A stretch of 32,000 nucleotides of DNA from Pseudomonas aeruginosa. GTDB taxonomy: Bacteria > Pseudomonadota > Gammaproteobacteria > Pseudomonadales > Pseudomonadaceae. The notes beneath the pieces were generated by a model. The model did not search any database. It was not told where the DNA came from and saw nothing but the letters and a program-made list of their open reading frames with translations. Position numbers and translations under genes: made by a program. Of the stretch, positions 1 to 11,280 are shown piece by piece (positions within the stretch are counted from its first letter, which is position 1; each line of letters begins with the position of its first letter). Where the stretch lies: assembly GCF_001457615.1 (NCBI RefSeq), contig NZ_LN831024.1:3870001-3902000 (forward strand), written 5' to 3'.

Positions 1-569
1 CTGAACAAAATGCACAATATCTAGACTTATCAAACACTGAAAATAAAAAGAAAAATCCCAGGGTAATTTTTGAGAAGAAAATTGATGCTATTGCTGACTT
101 TCATAATGAATTGGCTACGGCGGGCTACCACGTCGAAACCTATGTTCATTACGGTGCTGACGATAGCCGCCATAGTTGGCGTGATTTGATCTGGAAAGGT
201 GACCCGACCCCTCTGGAAACCCCTGGCGCCACACTCAACGACGATGAGAACGGCACTTACAACAGTTGGTTCCGCCGGGGCTTGCCCACCATAGTGCAGG
301 GTCCGCTGGAGGCGGGAAATCCACTGGACGCTTCCGGCAGCGGAGGTGACGAAACGGTACCGACCGACTCCGGCCAGGCGCCTGCCCTGGCAGGTGTCAA
401 GGCCAGCTTTCGGCATGGCAGCAAGGGCAAGGGACAGGCCAATACCAAACGGGGCTATGAGCACCAGGAGAGTTACAACGATGCTCGTGCCCAATGGGCA
501 GCGCTATATGGTGTGATCAAAATCACCCAGTTGGCGGATTGGCATCCTAATGACAAAGGAGGGACATGA
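1..569 (+). CDS. tle4: C-terminal part of a Tle4/TplE-type T6SS phospholipase effector (5' end outside window)
   Basis: Frame 3 is open from base 3 (EQNAQYLDLSNTENKKKNPRVIFEKKIDAIADFHNELATAGYHVETYVHYGADDSRHSWRD...) to TGA at 567-569. The gene overlaps a lipoprotein gene by ATGA and is followed by a PAAR gene, matching the known Tle4-Tli4-PAAR arrangement. Identity rests mainly on gene order recalled from P. aeruginosa. Confidence 0.75.
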   Translation, partial: EQNAQYLDLSNTENKKKNPRVIFEKKIDAIADFHNELATAGYHVETYVHYGADDSRHSWRDLIWKGDPTPLETPGATLNDDENGTYNSWFRRGLPTIVQGPLEAGNPLDASGSGGDETVPTDSGQAPALAGVKASFRHGSKGKGQANTKRGYEHQESYNDARAQWAALYGVIKITQLADWHPNDKGGT

Positions 570-1711
570 TGCATCCCCGTCGGTTGTTTGCTGTACTTGG
601 GTTGGTGGTCTTGACCAGCATGACCAGTTGTACTTCGTTTTCTTCTTCTCGGAGCCCTTCCATGGACAAGACCGGATGGATCACTCATTGCTTTGGTCGC
701 TTTCTGATTGATCTGCCGCCTGACGCGGTAATTAACGCCGGATACTATCTATGGGGCGACAACATCCAACGGCTAGATGGCACACCTGCTGAGCTAGCAG
801 CCAGGATTGCCCATCGCGAGCAAGAGTTACGGAATGGCATTCATAAAAAAACAAAGGAGAGCATGTTTGTTCGGAGGGCGGAAGACAAGGCTGGAGCCAT
901 TAGCCTGTGGTCTTGGGATTCGAATGCTAGTTTGCTTTCTTATAGGGTTGACTCATATTTTGTGGCTCATCCCAAGGGAGAGGTTTTTCTATACTCAGGA
1001 GAAGTTACTCACGATAAAGAGAAGGAAGGGGAGGAAGCTATCAATGATATATCCCGAAGCCTTCGCTCTCGCGAGCCCAAAGAAGCTCCAACTGAGCCGG
1101 GCTTTTGCATTGATCATGCCTATATTGCAGGGGAGAGTTTTCAAGATGAAGAGTTTGGCGTAGGTGTTACCTTTCCCAATCACCCTGGTGCGCGCTTTGA
1201 ATTCCGCTCCTCCACGGGATCTGAGCTAAACAGCCTTCTTGAGCGAGTCGACGGCTTCGTGCAGAACATGCTCGCTACGGTTGCTGGAGTCGAGAGATTG
1301 AGAAAGGGGAAGCATCCTGTCGGGAGCCTTCCCGGAGAGGAGTATCTGGTTGCGGGAAGCGATAAGGGACAGCGCGCCTACACATTCATGTGGGAGGTTC
1401 AAGGCAAGGAGGAATCGCTAACCGAGCCCAATCTTACTGCGGGACTGGCGGTACTGGAACGCAGCAATGAAAACGGTAAACCACCGCCCCCTGCCTTCAA
1501 ATCGGATAAAGAAGCATTGGAACTGTGGGACACCATTGTCGATTCGATTCGCGTGCGCCCGACGTCTTCATCGCCACGTGGCGGAAATGCCGGTCCTTCC
1601 CCTGCTCCGAAACCCGCTACGCCTGGCGGCCAAACGCTCGGTGATGACTATGTCTACGAGGAATTCCTCTCCAGCCTGAAGCCAAAAGACAGCTGGCTGG
1701 ACGACCTATAG
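566..1711 (+). CDS. tli4: Tli4-like T6SS immunity protein, lipoprotein-type signal peptide
   Basis: 381-aa ORF starting in the ATGA overlap with the effector stop. N-terminus MMHPRRLFAVLGLVVLTSMTSC resembles a lipoprotein signal with Cys. Immediately downstream of the effector. Confidence 0.78.
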   Translation: MMHPRRLFAVLGLVVLTSMTSCTSFSSSRSPSMDKTGWITHCFGRFLIDLPPDAVINAGYYLWGDNIQRLDGTPAELAARIAHREQELRNGIHKKTKESMFVRRAEDKAGAISLWSWDSNASLLSYRVDSYFVAHPKGEVFLYSGEVTHDKEKEGEEAINDISRSLRSREPKEAPTEPGFCIDHAYIAGESFQDEEFGVGVTFPNHPGARFEFRSSTGSELNSLLERVDGFVQNMLATVAGVERLRKGKHPVGSLPGEEYLVAGSDKGQRAYTFMWEVQGKEESLTEPNLTAGLAVLERSNENGKPPPPAFKSDKEALELWDTIVDSIRVRPTSSSPRGGNAGPSPAPKPATPGGQTLGDDYVYEEFLSSLKPKDSWLDDL

Positions 1712-1723
1712 GAGCGACCCGCG

Positions 1724-1984
1724 ATGGACATCATTCGCCTTGGCGACACCACCAGCCATGGAGGCACGGTGATTGAGGCGTTCGCCCAGACCGACCTCAA
1801 CGGCAAGCCGATGGCCGGTGTAGGCCACCAAGTGGTTTGCCCCTTGTGCAAGGGAACCTTCCCCATTACCGAAGGTAGCGCCCTGCTGGATGTGAATGGG
1901 GTCCCGGTCGCGCTACATGGGATGAAAACAGCTTGTGGTGCCAGCCTGATTGCCAGTGGCCCGTTGGGCGCTGCCGAAAACTGA
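1724..1984 (+). CDS. PAAR-domain protein (T6SS spike tip)
   Basis: 86-aa ORF MDIIRLGDTTSHGGTVIEAFAQTDLNGKPMAGVGHQVVCPLCKGTFPITEGSALLDVNGVPVALHGMKTACGASLIASGP; typical PAAR pattern, 12 bp after tli4. Confidence 0.9.
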   Translation: MDIIRLGDTTSHGGTVIEAFAQTDLNGKPMAGVGHQVVCPLCKGTFPITEGSALLDVNGVPVALHGMKTACGASLIASGPLGAAEN

Positions 1985-2050
1985 AAAAGGGGGACGTTCG
2001 ATATGCCGAACGACTTCGGCGACCTCCTTCGTGCCTCTCCTGTAGAACGC

Positions 2051-2339
2051 TCAGGAAAACTCCGCCGGCTTCTTGTCCAGCATGACCTGCCCAGAGCCTT
2101 GGCACCTTGGCCAGTCTGCCGTTGTGCACTCCAGCAAGCGCTGGCGGCATTCTCTTTGCTCGTTGAGCGTCTCCATTGCCGCCAGGATCTACTGGCGCTC
2201 AGATAACCGGTTGCTCTCGCGCACGTCGCTGCTTGTAGTCGCCAATGCAAGCAGGCGTTCCGCAAAGACCCATGGCTGATCCCGGGCGACAGGGTTCAAG
2301 GCCTTGCTGCACCGGGCTTGTGCCCACTGAGGTAGGGGT
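2051..2339 (-). pseudogene. Possible degraded small gene of unknown family
   Basis: Reverse-strand conceptual translation PLPQWAQARCSKALNPVARDQPWVFAERLLALATTSSDVRESNRLSERQ*ILAAMETLNEQRECRQRLLECTTADWPRCQGSGQVMLDKKPAEFS*. It has protein-like composition interrupted by an in-frame TAG. Confidence 0.3.
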
Positions 2340-2495
2340 CGCTGAAAACTCCCAGCGGCTAGAGCACGTCGGCTATCCGACCAATGTCGTACACCGCCGG
2401 GCGTCCCGGGGGTAGCCGGCGCCAGTTCTATGGATACAGTGGAAGCAGCTCTGGAAAGCCTGTAGTAGACCGATTGGTCAACTACAAAAAATTAC

Positions 2496-2507
2496 TTTGT
2501 ATACAAA
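2496..2507. promoter_or_regulatory. Palindrome TTTGTATACAAA upstream of the nucleobase permease, candidate operator
   Basis: Perfect 12-bp palindrome 160 bp upstream of the permease ATG; the same core recurs upstream of gcl. Confidence 0.5.
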
Positions 2508-2666
2508 AAATCGATTGAATCGAGCACACAACGGGGATATAAAACACCCCACCGCATCGCCCTGAAGCCTGGGGTGGATGTTCGGCCAGAAATACCCGGC
2601 CGCCGGAACCTGCCTTTTCCGGTGTCCGCCTGCGACTGACAACAATAAAAACGCCTGAGGTGTTGC

Positions 2667-4034
2667 ATGTCCGTGGTAACTGATCGCCGCATCCCCGACT
2701 CGCCCGTAGACCAGCGCCTGCCGCTGACGCAGCTGCTGCTGGTGGGCTTCCAGCATGTGCTGCTGATGTACGGTGGCGCCGTCGCCGTGCCTCTGATCGT
2801 CGGCCAGGCGGCCGGCCTCTCGCGCGAGGAAATCGCCTTCCTGATCAACGCCGACCTGCTGGTCGCCGGCATCGCCACCCTGGTCCAGTCGCTGGGCATC
2901 GGCCCGATGGGCATCCGCATGCCGGTGATGATGGGCGCCAGCTTCGCCGCCGTCGGCAGCATGGTGGCGATGGCCGGGATGCCCGGCGTGGGCATCACCG
3001 GGATCTTCGGCGCGACCATCGCCGCCGGTTTCTTCGGCATGCTCATCGCCCCCTTCATGTCGCGCATCGTGCGTTTCTTCCCACCGCTGGTGACCGGCAC
3101 GGTGATCACCTCGATCGGCATGTGCCTGTTCCCGGTGGCGATCAACTGGGCCGGCGGCGGCAAGGGCGCGGAAGACTTCGGCTCCCTGCACTTCCTGTTC
3201 CTCTCCAGCCTGGTGCTCTGCACCATCCTCCTGATCAACCGCTTCATGCGCGGTTTCTGGGTCAACATCTCGGTGCTGATGGGCATGGGCCTGGGCTACG
3301 CGATCGCCGGCGGCATGGGCATGGTCGACCTCGGCGGTCTGGCCGAGCGCCCCTGGTTCGACATCGTCACCCCGCTGCACTTCGGCGCGCCGACCTTCGA
3401 CCTGGCGCCGATCCTGTCGATGTGCCTGGTGGTAGTGATCATCTTCGTCGAGTCCACCGGCATGTTCCTCGCCCTGGGCAAGATCACCGGCCGCGAGATC
3501 ACCCCGACCGAACTGCGCCGCGGCCTGCTCTGCGACGCCGGCGCCTCGTTCTTCGCCGGTTTCCTGAACACCTTCACCCATTCCTCGTTCGCCCAGAACA
3601 TCGGCCTGGTGCAGATGACCGGGGTGCGCAGCCGCTACGTCACGGTGGCCGCCGCCGGTTTCCTGATCCTCCTCAGCATGCTGCCCAAGGCCGCCTTCCT
3701 GGTCGCCTCGATCCCGCCGGCGGTACTCGGCGGCGCCGGCATCGCCATGTTCGGCATGGTCGCCGCCAGCGGCATCCAGATCCTCCACGAGGCCAACATC
3801 ACCGACCGCCGCAACCAGTTGCTGGTGGCGGTAAGCATCGGCATGGGCATGGTGCCGGTGGTGCGCCCGGACTTCTTCGCCCGCCTGCCGGTCTGGATGG
3901 AGCCGATCACCCATAGCGGCATCGCCATGACCGCGATCTGGGCGGTGGTGCTGAACCTGCTGTTCAACATCCTCAGCCGCAACGACCGCAGCCACTTGTG
4001 CGGCAGCCACGCGCCGGCGCCCAAGCACTCCTGA
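2667..4034 (+). CDS. NCS2-family nucleobase:cation symporter (urate/xanthine permease type)
   Basis: 455-aa polytopic ORF: LPLTQLLLVGFQHVLLMYGGAVAVPLIVGQAAGLSREEIAFLINADLLVAGIATLVQSLG... characteristic of the NCS2/UacT/UraA superfamily. Confidence 0.93.
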   Translation: MSVVTDRRIPDSPVDQRLPLTQLLLVGFQHVLLMYGGAVAVPLIVGQAAGLSREEIAFLINADLLVAGIATLVQSLGIGPMGIRMPVMMGASFAAVGSMVAMAGMPGVGITGIFGATIAAGFFGMLIAPFMSRIVRFFPPLVTGTVITSIGMCLFPVAINWAGGGKGAEDFGSLHFLFLSSLVLCTILLINRFMRGFWVNISVLMGMGLGYAIAGGMGMVDLGGLAERPWFDIVTPLHFGAPTFDLAPILSMCLVVVIIFVESTGMFLALGKITGREITPTELRRGLLCDAGASFFAGFLNTFTHSSFAQNIGLVQMTGVRSRYVTVAAAGFLILLSMLPKAAFLVASIPPAVLGGAGIAMFGMVAASGIQILHEANITDRRNQLLVAVSIGMGMVPVVRPDFFARLPVWMEPITHSGIAMTAIWAVVLNLLFNILSRNDRSHLCGSHAPAPKHS

Positions 4035-4040
4035 CTCCCT

Positions 4041-4068
4041 GGCGGACCGGCGACACTCCCGGTCCGCC
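4041..4068 (+). terminator. Hairpin downstream of the permease
   Basis: GGCGGACCG-GCGACACTCC-CGGTCCGCC, perfect 9-bp stem 7 nt after the stop codon; no T-tract of its own. Confidence 0.4.
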
Positions 4069-4078
4069 CTTCCCTCGG

Positions 4079-4106
4079 GCCGGACTTCGTCCGGCTTCTT
4101 TTTTTC
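4079..4106 (+). terminator. Rho-independent terminator of the permease gene
   Basis: GCCGGAC-TTC-GTCCGGC followed by TTCTTTTTTT. Confidence 0.85.
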
Positions 4107-4125
4107 CGCTCGCGGTCCGCACCAC

Positions 4126-4455
4126 TCAGTCCCGCCGAAGGAAAGGCCCCGCCTTGCGCTCCAGCAGATGCAGCAATTCCGCCTGCATGTAGGCGTAGTC
4201 GTCCGGGATATCCAGGCAGACCAGGCGCTTGCCTTTCATCGCCGCGGCGTGCCGGCGCAGCAGCGCCTGCCGGTGGCGGCGCTCCATGACGACGACCAGC
4301 GTCGCCCACTCCAGTTGCTCCCGCTCCAGGGGCGTCTCGGCGTCCGCCGCCAGCCCGGCGGAATCGGTCTCGACGCCCGGCCAGTCGGCGAACAGCCGTT
4401 CGGCGCTGGGACTACGCAGGCGGTTGCGGCTGCAGATGAACAGGACCCGGTGCAT
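4126..4455 (-). CDS. Low-molecular-weight protein tyrosine phosphatase-like protein
   Basis: 109-aa ORF MHRVLFICSRNRLRSPSAERLFADWPGVETDSAGL... with CX5R-like loop CSRNRLRS near the N-terminus. Confidence 0.8.
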   Translation of the reverse strand: MHRVLFICSRNRLRSPSAERLFADWPGVETDSAGLAADAETPLEREQLEWATLVVVMERRHRQALLRRHAAAMKGKRLVCLDIPDDYAYMQAELLHLLERKAGPFLRRD

Positions 4456-4639
4456 GGGAGGCTTTCCTTTGCTGGCGCGGCAGGTAGCATGACGTCTTCG
4501 CCGCGTTTCGGCGTTGCGCCGCGTCGCTTTTCCCGGGACGGGGCAGCGAGCGGTGCGTGCCGGAACACGGTCACCCGGGTGGCATGGGGGAGGAAGCGGC
4601 GGATGGCGCCGTTGGTGCCATCGTCCCAGGAGGATACCG

Positions 4640-5635
4640 TCAGCCGCCGGTCATGCTCATGAAACGCAGCACCTGGACCTGCTCCTGGGCGTCGAAGTGA
4701 TGCCGCTCCGGCTTCAGGTTCAGCGCCGCCACCAGTGCCGCGCTCAGGCGCTCGCGGTCGCCGGGATGGCTGCGCAGCAGTTCGCGCAGGTCGAGCGCCC
4801 CCTCGTGGCCGAGGCAGAGCACCAGCTTGCCCTCGGCGGTGACGCGCACGCGGTTGCAGTCGCCGCAGAAATTATTGCTGTGAGGTGAGATGAAGCCGAT
4901 CCGGCTGGGCTCGTCGCCGATCTGGTAATACCGCGACGGCCCGCCGCTGCGCGCCAGGCTCGGGGTCAGCGGCCAGCGGCGCTCGATGATCGCGCGGACT
5001 TCGTCGCTGGTGCAGAGAGTCAGTTCGCGACGGTGGCTGGTGATGCTGCCCAGCGGCATTTCCTCGATGAAACTGATGTCCAACTGGTTGGCCAGGGCGT
5101 ACTCGACCAGGTCGAGGATCTCGTCGTCGTTGCGGCCCTTCTGTACCACGCAGTTCAGCTTGATCCGCTCGAAACCGGCTTCGCGCGCCGCCTGGATGCC
5201 GTCCAGCACCTGCTCCAGGCGATCGCTACGGGTGAAGGCGGCGAAGCGTTCGCGCTGCAGCGAGTCGAGGCTGACGTTGAGGCGGCGGACGCCGGCGGCC
5301 TTCAGCTCGGCGGCGCGCTCGCGGAGTTGCGAACCGTTGGTGGTGATCGCCAGGTCTTCCAGTTCCGCACGCTGCCCCAGGCGTGCCAGCAGGCCGGTGA
5401 TGCCCTTGCGCACCAGCGGCTCGCCGCCGGTGATACGAATGCGCCGCACGCCGAGGCCGATGAAGGCGTCGGCCACCGCGTACAGTTCTTCCAGGCTGAG
5501 GACCTGGTCGCGGGGAAGGAACTGCATGTCTTCGCTCATGCAGTAGGTGCAGCGGAAGTCGCAGCGATCCGTCACCGACAGGCGCAGGTAGGTGATGCGA
5601 CGGCCGAAGGGATCGACCAGGCGGGAATCGGACAT
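4640..5635 (-). CDS. moaA: GTP 3',8-cyclase MoaA, molybdenum cofactor biosynthesis
   Basis: 331-aa ORF with radical-SAM motif CTYC (RCTYCMSEDMQFLP), LRLSVTDRCDF, C-terminal NFCGDCNRVRVTAEGKLVLCL, terminal GG. Confidence 0.96.
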   Translation of the reverse strand: MSDSRLVDPFGRRITYLRLSVTDRCDFRCTYCMSEDMQFLPRDQVLSLEELYAVADAFIGLGVRRIRITGGEPLVRKGITGLLARLGQRAELEDLAITTNGSQLRERAAELKAAGVRRLNVSLDSLQRERFAAFTRSDRLEQVLDGIQAAREAGFERIKLNCVVQKGRNDDEILDLVEYALANQLDISFIEEMPLGSITSHRRELTLCTSDEVRAIIERRWPLTPSLARSGGPSRYYQIGDEPSRIGFISPHSNNFCGDCNRVRVTAEGKLVLCLGHEGALDLRELLRSHPGDRERLSAALVAALNLKPERHHFDAQEQVQVLRFMSMTGG

Positions 5636-5869
5636 AGTGACTCGTTCTGTTCCGGGGGCTCGCCCGGCGCTCGGTGGGTGAGTGCGAGCGGGCGACTCGA
5701 TACCCCTAACGAATACTCCAAATACCGGAAAATGTATAGGGCAAATGAACCGGCGGGTCAGGATTTCCCGGGCCTCCGCCTCGCTCGCACCTTGCTTGAG
5801 GGGCGCTCCGGGCGGGTGCTACCATCCTCGGCTTCCTGCCGCCGTTGCAGCAATGAAGAACAAGGACTG

Positions 5870-6520
5870 ATGACCAGCATCCGCGAGCGCAACAAGCGCC
5901 TGATCCTCCGCGCCGCCAGCGAGGAATTCGCCGACAAGGGCTTCGCGGCGACCAAGACCAGCGACATCGCCGCCCGCGCCGGCCTGCCCAAGCCCAACGT
6001 CTACTACTACTTCCAGTCCAAGGAAAACCTCTATCGCTGCGTGCTGGAAAGCATCGTCGAGCCGCTGCTGCAAGCGTCGGCACCGTTCCGCGTGGAAGAC
6101 GACCCGCTGCTCGCCCTGCCCGCCTACATCCGCTCGAAGATCCGCATCTCCCGCGAGCTGCCGCATGCCTCCAAGGTCTTCGCCAGCGAGATCATGCACG
6201 GCGCGCCGCACCTGCCGAAGGAATACCTCGACGAACTGAACGCCCAGGCCCAGCGCAACGTCACCTGCCTGCAGACCTGGATCGACCGTGGCCAGCTCGC
6301 CCCGGTGGACCCGCATCACCTGCTCTTCGCCATCTGGGCGGCGACCCAGACCTATGCCGACTTCGATTGGCAGATTTCCATCGTCACCGGCAAGGAACAG
6401 CTCAGCGACGCCGACTACGACGCTGCGGTGGAAACCATCACCCGCCTGGTCCTGAAAGGCTGCACGCCCGACGGGCAATCCGGCAAGAGCGCCGGCCGGC
6501 TTCGGCCGCTGCCGCTCTGA
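5870..6520 (+). CDS. TetR-family transcriptional regulator, RutR-like
   Basis: Within ORF 5033..6520; ATG at 5870. MTSIRERNKRLILRAASEEFADKGFAATKTSDIAARAGLPKPNVYYYFQSKENLYRCVL is a classical TetR HTH. Confidence 0.88.
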   Translation: MTSIRERNKRLILRAASEEFADKGFAATKTSDIAARAGLPKPNVYYYFQSKENLYRCVLESIVEPLLQASAPFRVEDDPLLALPAYIRSKIRISRELPHASKVFASEIMHGAPHLPKEYLDELNAQAQRNVTCLQTWIDRGQLAPVDPHHLLFAIWAATQTYADFDWQISIVTGKEQLSDADYDAAVETITRLVLKGCTPDGQSGKSAGRLRPLPL

Positions 6521-6597
6521 CCCGCCCCAGCGCCGGCTTCGCACCGAGCGGCGTGACGCGGTATTCGACCCGCGGCGGCAGCTCCGCATACACCTCG

Positions 6598-6880
6598 CCT
6601 GGACGCTATCGGCGGAGTTGCTCGAGCGCGGTATCCGGGTCAACGCCCTGAACCCGGGGCCGACCCGGACGCCAGCGCTGGACAAAGCCGCTACCGATGT
6701 CGAGGCCACCCAGGCGCTGAGGGAGAAGATTGGCCGGGACGCCTGGGGGAGCCGCTGGAGATCGTCAGTGCCGCGCTATTCCTGGCCTCGAACGAGCCCC
6801 GCTGCAGGTATGGCACGGAGAGCCTGGTGGATGGCGGCGTACGCTACCTGAAGAAGGGAGCGAAGGCCCGGTCCTGGTGA
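6598..6880 (+). pseudogene. Truncated, frameshifted C-terminal remnant of a short-chain dehydrogenase/reductase
   Basis: AWTLSAELLERGIRVNALNPGPTRTPALDKAATDVEATQALREKIGRDAWG in one frame, then EPLEIVSAALFLASNEPRCRYGTESLVDGGVRYLKKGAKARSW* in another. N-terminal Rossmann and catalytic parts absent. Confidence 0.75.
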
Positions 6881-6893
6881 GCGGGCCGCAAGC

Positions 6894-7325
6894 TCAACCG
6901 GCGTCGGGCACCAGCCCGACCGCCAGCACGCCCTGGATCGCGCATTGCTCGTCGATATCCGAGGTATCGCCGCTGATACCGACCGCGCCGACCACCTCTG
7001 CCTTGTCGTTGCGAATCAGCACCCCGCCCGGCGCCGGAACCAGATTGCCATGGGCCAGGGTGTTCACCGCGGAAATGAACGAAGGCCGCTGCTGCGCATC
7101 CGCCGCCAGCAGACGCGACGACTTGCCCAGGGCCACGGCGCCCCAGGCCTTGCCGATGGCGATCTGCGGTCGCAGCATGCTGGCGCCGTCCTCGCGCTGC
7201 AGCGCCACCAGGTGGCCGCCAGCATCGAGCACCGCGATGGTCAGGGGCGCGGTGGACAGCTCGCGCCCCACCGCCAGCGCCTGGCGGGTAATGCCCAGCG
7301 CGGTTTCCAGACTGATGGTGGTCAT
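6894..7325 (-). CDS. HbpS/GlcG-like family protein
   Basis: 143-aa ORF MTTISLETALGITRQALAVGRELSTAPLTIAVLDAGGHLVALQREDGASMLRPQIAIGKAWGAVALGKSSR...; start preceded by GAGAGGAACGACC. Confidence 0.88.
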   Translation of the reverse strand: MTTISLETALGITRQALAVGRELSTAPLTIAVLDAGGHLVALQREDGASMLRPQIAIGKAWGAVALGKSSRLLAADAQQRPSFISAVNTLAHGNLVPAPGGVLIRNDKAEVVGAVGISGDTSDIDEQCAIQGVLAVGLVPDAG

Positions 7326-7393
7326 GGTCGTTCCTCTCGAGTTGTTAAGGCTAGAAATCGGGAAACCACCCGCTATGCGGGCGCGTTCGAAAA

Positions 7394-7627
7394 TTTGTAC
7401 CCAATCTAGTAGCCGACCGGCCCTACGAAAGCAACATTCCAGAACAATATGAACATAATTTTGTATACATTTTTTCAAACGCTGGTTTTATAAGCCTGCT
7501 AACAAGCATTACAACTAATTGTTTTTATTATGAAAAAATGGATTTCAGCGGCTTTTTCAAGCGTATACAACCCATCTTGACCTTGCGCTCCCCCTCTGCC
7601 TAGAATCGTTCCAACTTTTGTACACAA
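7394..7627. promoter_or_regulatory. Divergent regulatory region with repeated TTGTATACAA-like elements
   Basis: TTTGTACCCA (7394), TTGTATACAT (7461), GTATACAA (7563), TTGTACACAA (7618) between the HbpS-like gene and gcl. Confidence 0.5.
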
Positions 7628-7653
7628 TTAGTATAAGAACGAGGAACAAAACG

Positions 7654-9429
<1,776 letters not shown>

Positions 9430-9524
9430 TCGCCGGCCTTTCCCGGAGGCGCGGACGGTGCGTGCGGCACCCCGCCCCCGGCGAAAGGCCTCCCGAACGT
9501 TTGACCGAACGATAGGAGCAAGAC

Positions 9525-10307
<783 letters not shown>

Positions 10308-10381
10308 TCCGCACCCACGAACAAGACGCTCCCGCCTCCCTGCGCGGAGCCACTCGACAGACAGAACCAGGAGACACTCTC

Positions 10382-11272
10382 ATGGCCAAGATCGGATTCA
10401 TCGGCACCGGAATCATGGGCAAGCCCATGGCGCAGAACCTGCAGAAGGCCGGCCACAGCCTGTTCCTTTCCACCCACCACGACGCCGCTCCGGCCGACCT
10501 GCTGGAGGCCGGCGCCATTGCCCTGGCCAACCCGAAGGAAGTGGCCCAGGAAGCCGAGTTCATCATCGTCATGGTGCCGGACACCCCGCAGGTCGAGGAT
10601 GTGCTGTTCCGCAAGGACGGTATCGCCGAGGGCGTCGGCCCGAACAAGGTGGTGATCGACATGAGTTCGATCTCCCCCACCGCCACCAAGGGCTTCGCCG
10701 AGAAGATCAAGGCTACCGGCGCGCAGTACCTGGACGCCCCGGTCTCCGGCGGCGAGGTCGGCGCCAAGGCGGCGACCCTGAGCATCATGGTCGGCGGCTG
10801 CCCGAACACCTTCGAACGCGCCTTGCCGCTGTTCCAGGCGATGGGCAAGAACATCACCCGCGTCGGCGGCAACGGCGACGGCCAGACCGCCAAGGTGGCC
10901 AACCAGATCATCGTCGCGCTGAACATCCAGGCGGTCGCCGAGGCCCTGCTGTTCGCCGCCCGCAACGGCGCCGATCCGGCCAAGGTGCGCGAGGCGCTGA
11001 TGGGTGGCTTCGCCTCCTCGCGGATCCTCGAGGTGCACGGCGAACGCATGGTCAAGGGCACCTTCGACCCGGGCTTCCGCATCAGCCTGCACCAGAAGGA
11101 CCTCAACCTGGCCCTGGCCGGCGCCCGCGAGCTGAACCTGAACCTGCCCAACACCGCCAACGCCCAGCAGGTGTTCAGCACCTGCGCGGCCATCGGCGGC
11201 AGTAACTGGGACCACTCGGCGCTGATCAAGGGCCTGGAGCACATGGCCAACTTCTCGATCCGCGACGAGTGA
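10382..11272 (+). CDS. glxR: 2-hydroxy-3-oxopropionate (tartronate semialdehyde) reductase
   Basis: 296-aa ORF MAKIGFIGTGIMGKPMAQNLQKAGHSLFLSTHHDAAPADLLE..., beta-hydroxyacid dehydrogenase family. Confidence 0.96.
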   Translation: MAKIGFIGTGIMGKPMAQNLQKAGHSLFLSTHHDAAPADLLEAGAIALANPKEVAQEAEFIIVMVPDTPQVEDVLFRKDGIAEGVGPNKVVIDMSSISPTATKGFAEKIKATGAQYLDAPVSGGEVGAKAATLSIMVGGCPNTFERALPLFQAMGKNITRVGGNGDGQTAKVANQIIVALNIQAVAEALLFAARNGADPAKVREALMGGFASSRILEVHGERMVKGTFDPGFRISLHQKDLNLALAGARELNLNLPNTANAQQVFSTCAAIGGSNWDHSALIKGLEHMANFSIRDE

Positions 11273-11280
11273 TCCGCAGT

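Noticed and set aside
2478-4028. 516-aa minus-strand ORF opposite the permease
   Set aside because: Shadow ORF with repetitive His/Asp/Gln composition; the plus-strand permease fully explains the region.
5033-5869. Long upstream extension of the TetR-family ORF
   Set aside because: It is antisense to moaA, and the TetR homology begins exactly at MTSIRERNKRL, supporting the ATG at 5870.
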